Shown here: piece by piece, positions 62,601 to 64,000 of the stretch | How positions within the stretch are numbered: the stretch's first letter is position 1 | Layout: each line of letters opens with the position of its first letter | Assembly (NCBI GenBank): GCA_030704615.1 | Contig: CM060732.1 | Coordinates: 78,368,001 to 78,432,000, forward strand | Source of the DNA: Takakia lepidozioides | Taxonomy: Eukaryota; Plantae; Bryophyta | Length of the DNA stretch: 64,000 bases | Reading direction: 5' to 3' | Program-made: the position numbers and the translations under genes | The notes under the pieces: generated by a model | Database searches by the model: none | The model's input: the letters and a program-made list of their open reading frames with translations, nothing else | Told to the model about the DNA's origin: nothing

Positions 62601-64000
62601 GTAAAGCAAAAACTGGGGTTTGTGTGCCTCCTCCACCGCCCACTCCCTTGCTGACAGAAGGTTTATTCGCCCTCCCACGGATTGGGCGTTTCCGACACTC
62701 GTAAGACCTCGCCACCATTCCCACATGGCAGCGTGACTACTCTCTTGCGGCCATCTATGACCGCTCCGGATTTGCTCAAAAGGTCATCCCCAAAATGAGA
62801 TCTACTCCATCGATCTCGCAGATGGTAAAGTTCTCACGTCCCTCCCAACTCCCCAGTTGAAGAGGAACATCAAACGCCAACCTTGTCGCCAACTGTGGTT
62901 CTCCTTTGGCAGAACGCACCTCAATAGAGGCCCCCACGTCACTTGTCGGGAGTCCCAGCTTTTGTGCCGTTGCCGGTGTCATGAAGGAGTGCGACGCTCT
63001 TGTGTCCACCAACAACGACACATTAGTTCCGGATATTATCCCATCCACGAACAATAACTGACTCCCTTTTCATAGGCGCCAGTTTCCTGATACAATTCAC
63101 AATAAATTTGCCTACCTTGCAAGTCCTGGCGACCACCGCTTCCACCAAGCGACTGATGGTATCTTCCGACAGCTCCGTGGTCGCCCGAGTCATGTTCAAT
63201 TGCCGGGCTTCGTGCACTTCTTGGCCATGTGCCCGGGCTCCCGCAATTGAAACACACTCCATCAAAGGTCGCCTTCTGTCCGCCATAAGCCGCTCCACCC
63301 GCTTTTCCTTTCGAAGCACCGGGTGCCGCCTTGACGTGTGAAGGCCCTCCCTTCGATTTCCACGTGCCATTGTCGCCGCGTGGCCTATCCCACTTCTTTT
63401 CCGGTCGGAAGGAGTCACCTTCCCGCCGGGTCTTCTTGTGGTTCAGCTCCGTACGGCCTTGTCTCTCACCCCTAGGGACATCCGAGAAACATTCAGCCCT
63501 CTCAATTGCCTCGTTCAAAGTTTTGGGTGGCTTCTCCTCCAACTTCCGCCTGGCCCATGGGGCCAGTCCCGCCACAAAGTTGAAGACCATTTCTGGTTCT
63601 GCCATGTCCGCAACTTCGAGCAACAACACATTGAAAGCCTGGACATACCCCCGAATGTCATCTGTTTGCTTCAAATTCCTCATCTTGTCCCGGGCAAGCC
63701 AGGATGCGTTGAGGGGCACAAACTGTCTCTTCATCAATTCCTTGAACCCACTCCAGTTCAAGGTTTCCGGGCTTGGACCTCGGTCGTGAAGGCGTTTCTT
63801 CCACCATTGTTGAGCATAGCCCCTCAAATAGGTGGGAGCCACTTCCACCCGATCCTCGTCACTCAACTTGGCCGCCCGGAAGTACTGCTCTAGCTCCAGG
63901 AGCCAGGTGTTGAGTGCCTTCCAATTTTGGACGCCCTCGAAGGTGCCGGGTTCCTTAGGCTTCACCTTAAACTTTGCCTTAGTGGAAGTGGCATTAGCCG

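Larger units (their letters stand above)
51336..64000 (-). mobile_element. Ty3/gypsy chromovirus, copy A (host of the nested insertion); 5' end lies beyond the window
   Basis: gag, Zn knuckle, protease (LVDTRASHSF), RT (YIDD), RNase H, integrase and chromodomain in 59800-64000. The 3' LTR is split into 59688-59789 and 51336-52778 and ends ...GCGACA. Confidence 0.93.

Overview
Eukaryotic nuclear DNA from a land plant. Compact spliceosomal genes, PLS-class PPR/DYW sequence, a mitochondrial-type rps13 and alga-like LINE clades suggest a non-seed plant, possibly a hornwort (inference). Left to right: (1) the 5' end of a PLS-PPR gene whose N-terminus is a captured RabA4/Rab11 fragment; (2) two abutting degenerate RLE-type non-LTR retrotransposons, one Dualen/RandI-like (RNase H + RLE, structured 3' UTR) and one CRE/Zepp-like; (3) an F-box remnant; (4) an 8-exon PMT20/21-type methyltransferase; (5) a same-strand string of gene fragments (DYW, OPT transporter, C-terminally short mitochondrial-type rps13) beside an LTR-like remnant; (6) three plastid-protein genes: ELIP, a KMO-like flavin monooxygenase and a TTP1/Pitt-like TPR protein; (7) a convergent inverted pair of small Cys-rich/acidic genes with candidate ATG8-interacting motifs; (8) an unclassified ~8 kb CAGTCTG-rich element with a hairpin, a 310-bp array and decayed ORFs; (9) a chromoviral Ty3/gypsy element with a second family copy nested in inverted orientation inside its 3' LTR. 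No CRISPR array, rRNA or tRNA gene was found. All family assignments are motif recognition from memory, not database searches.
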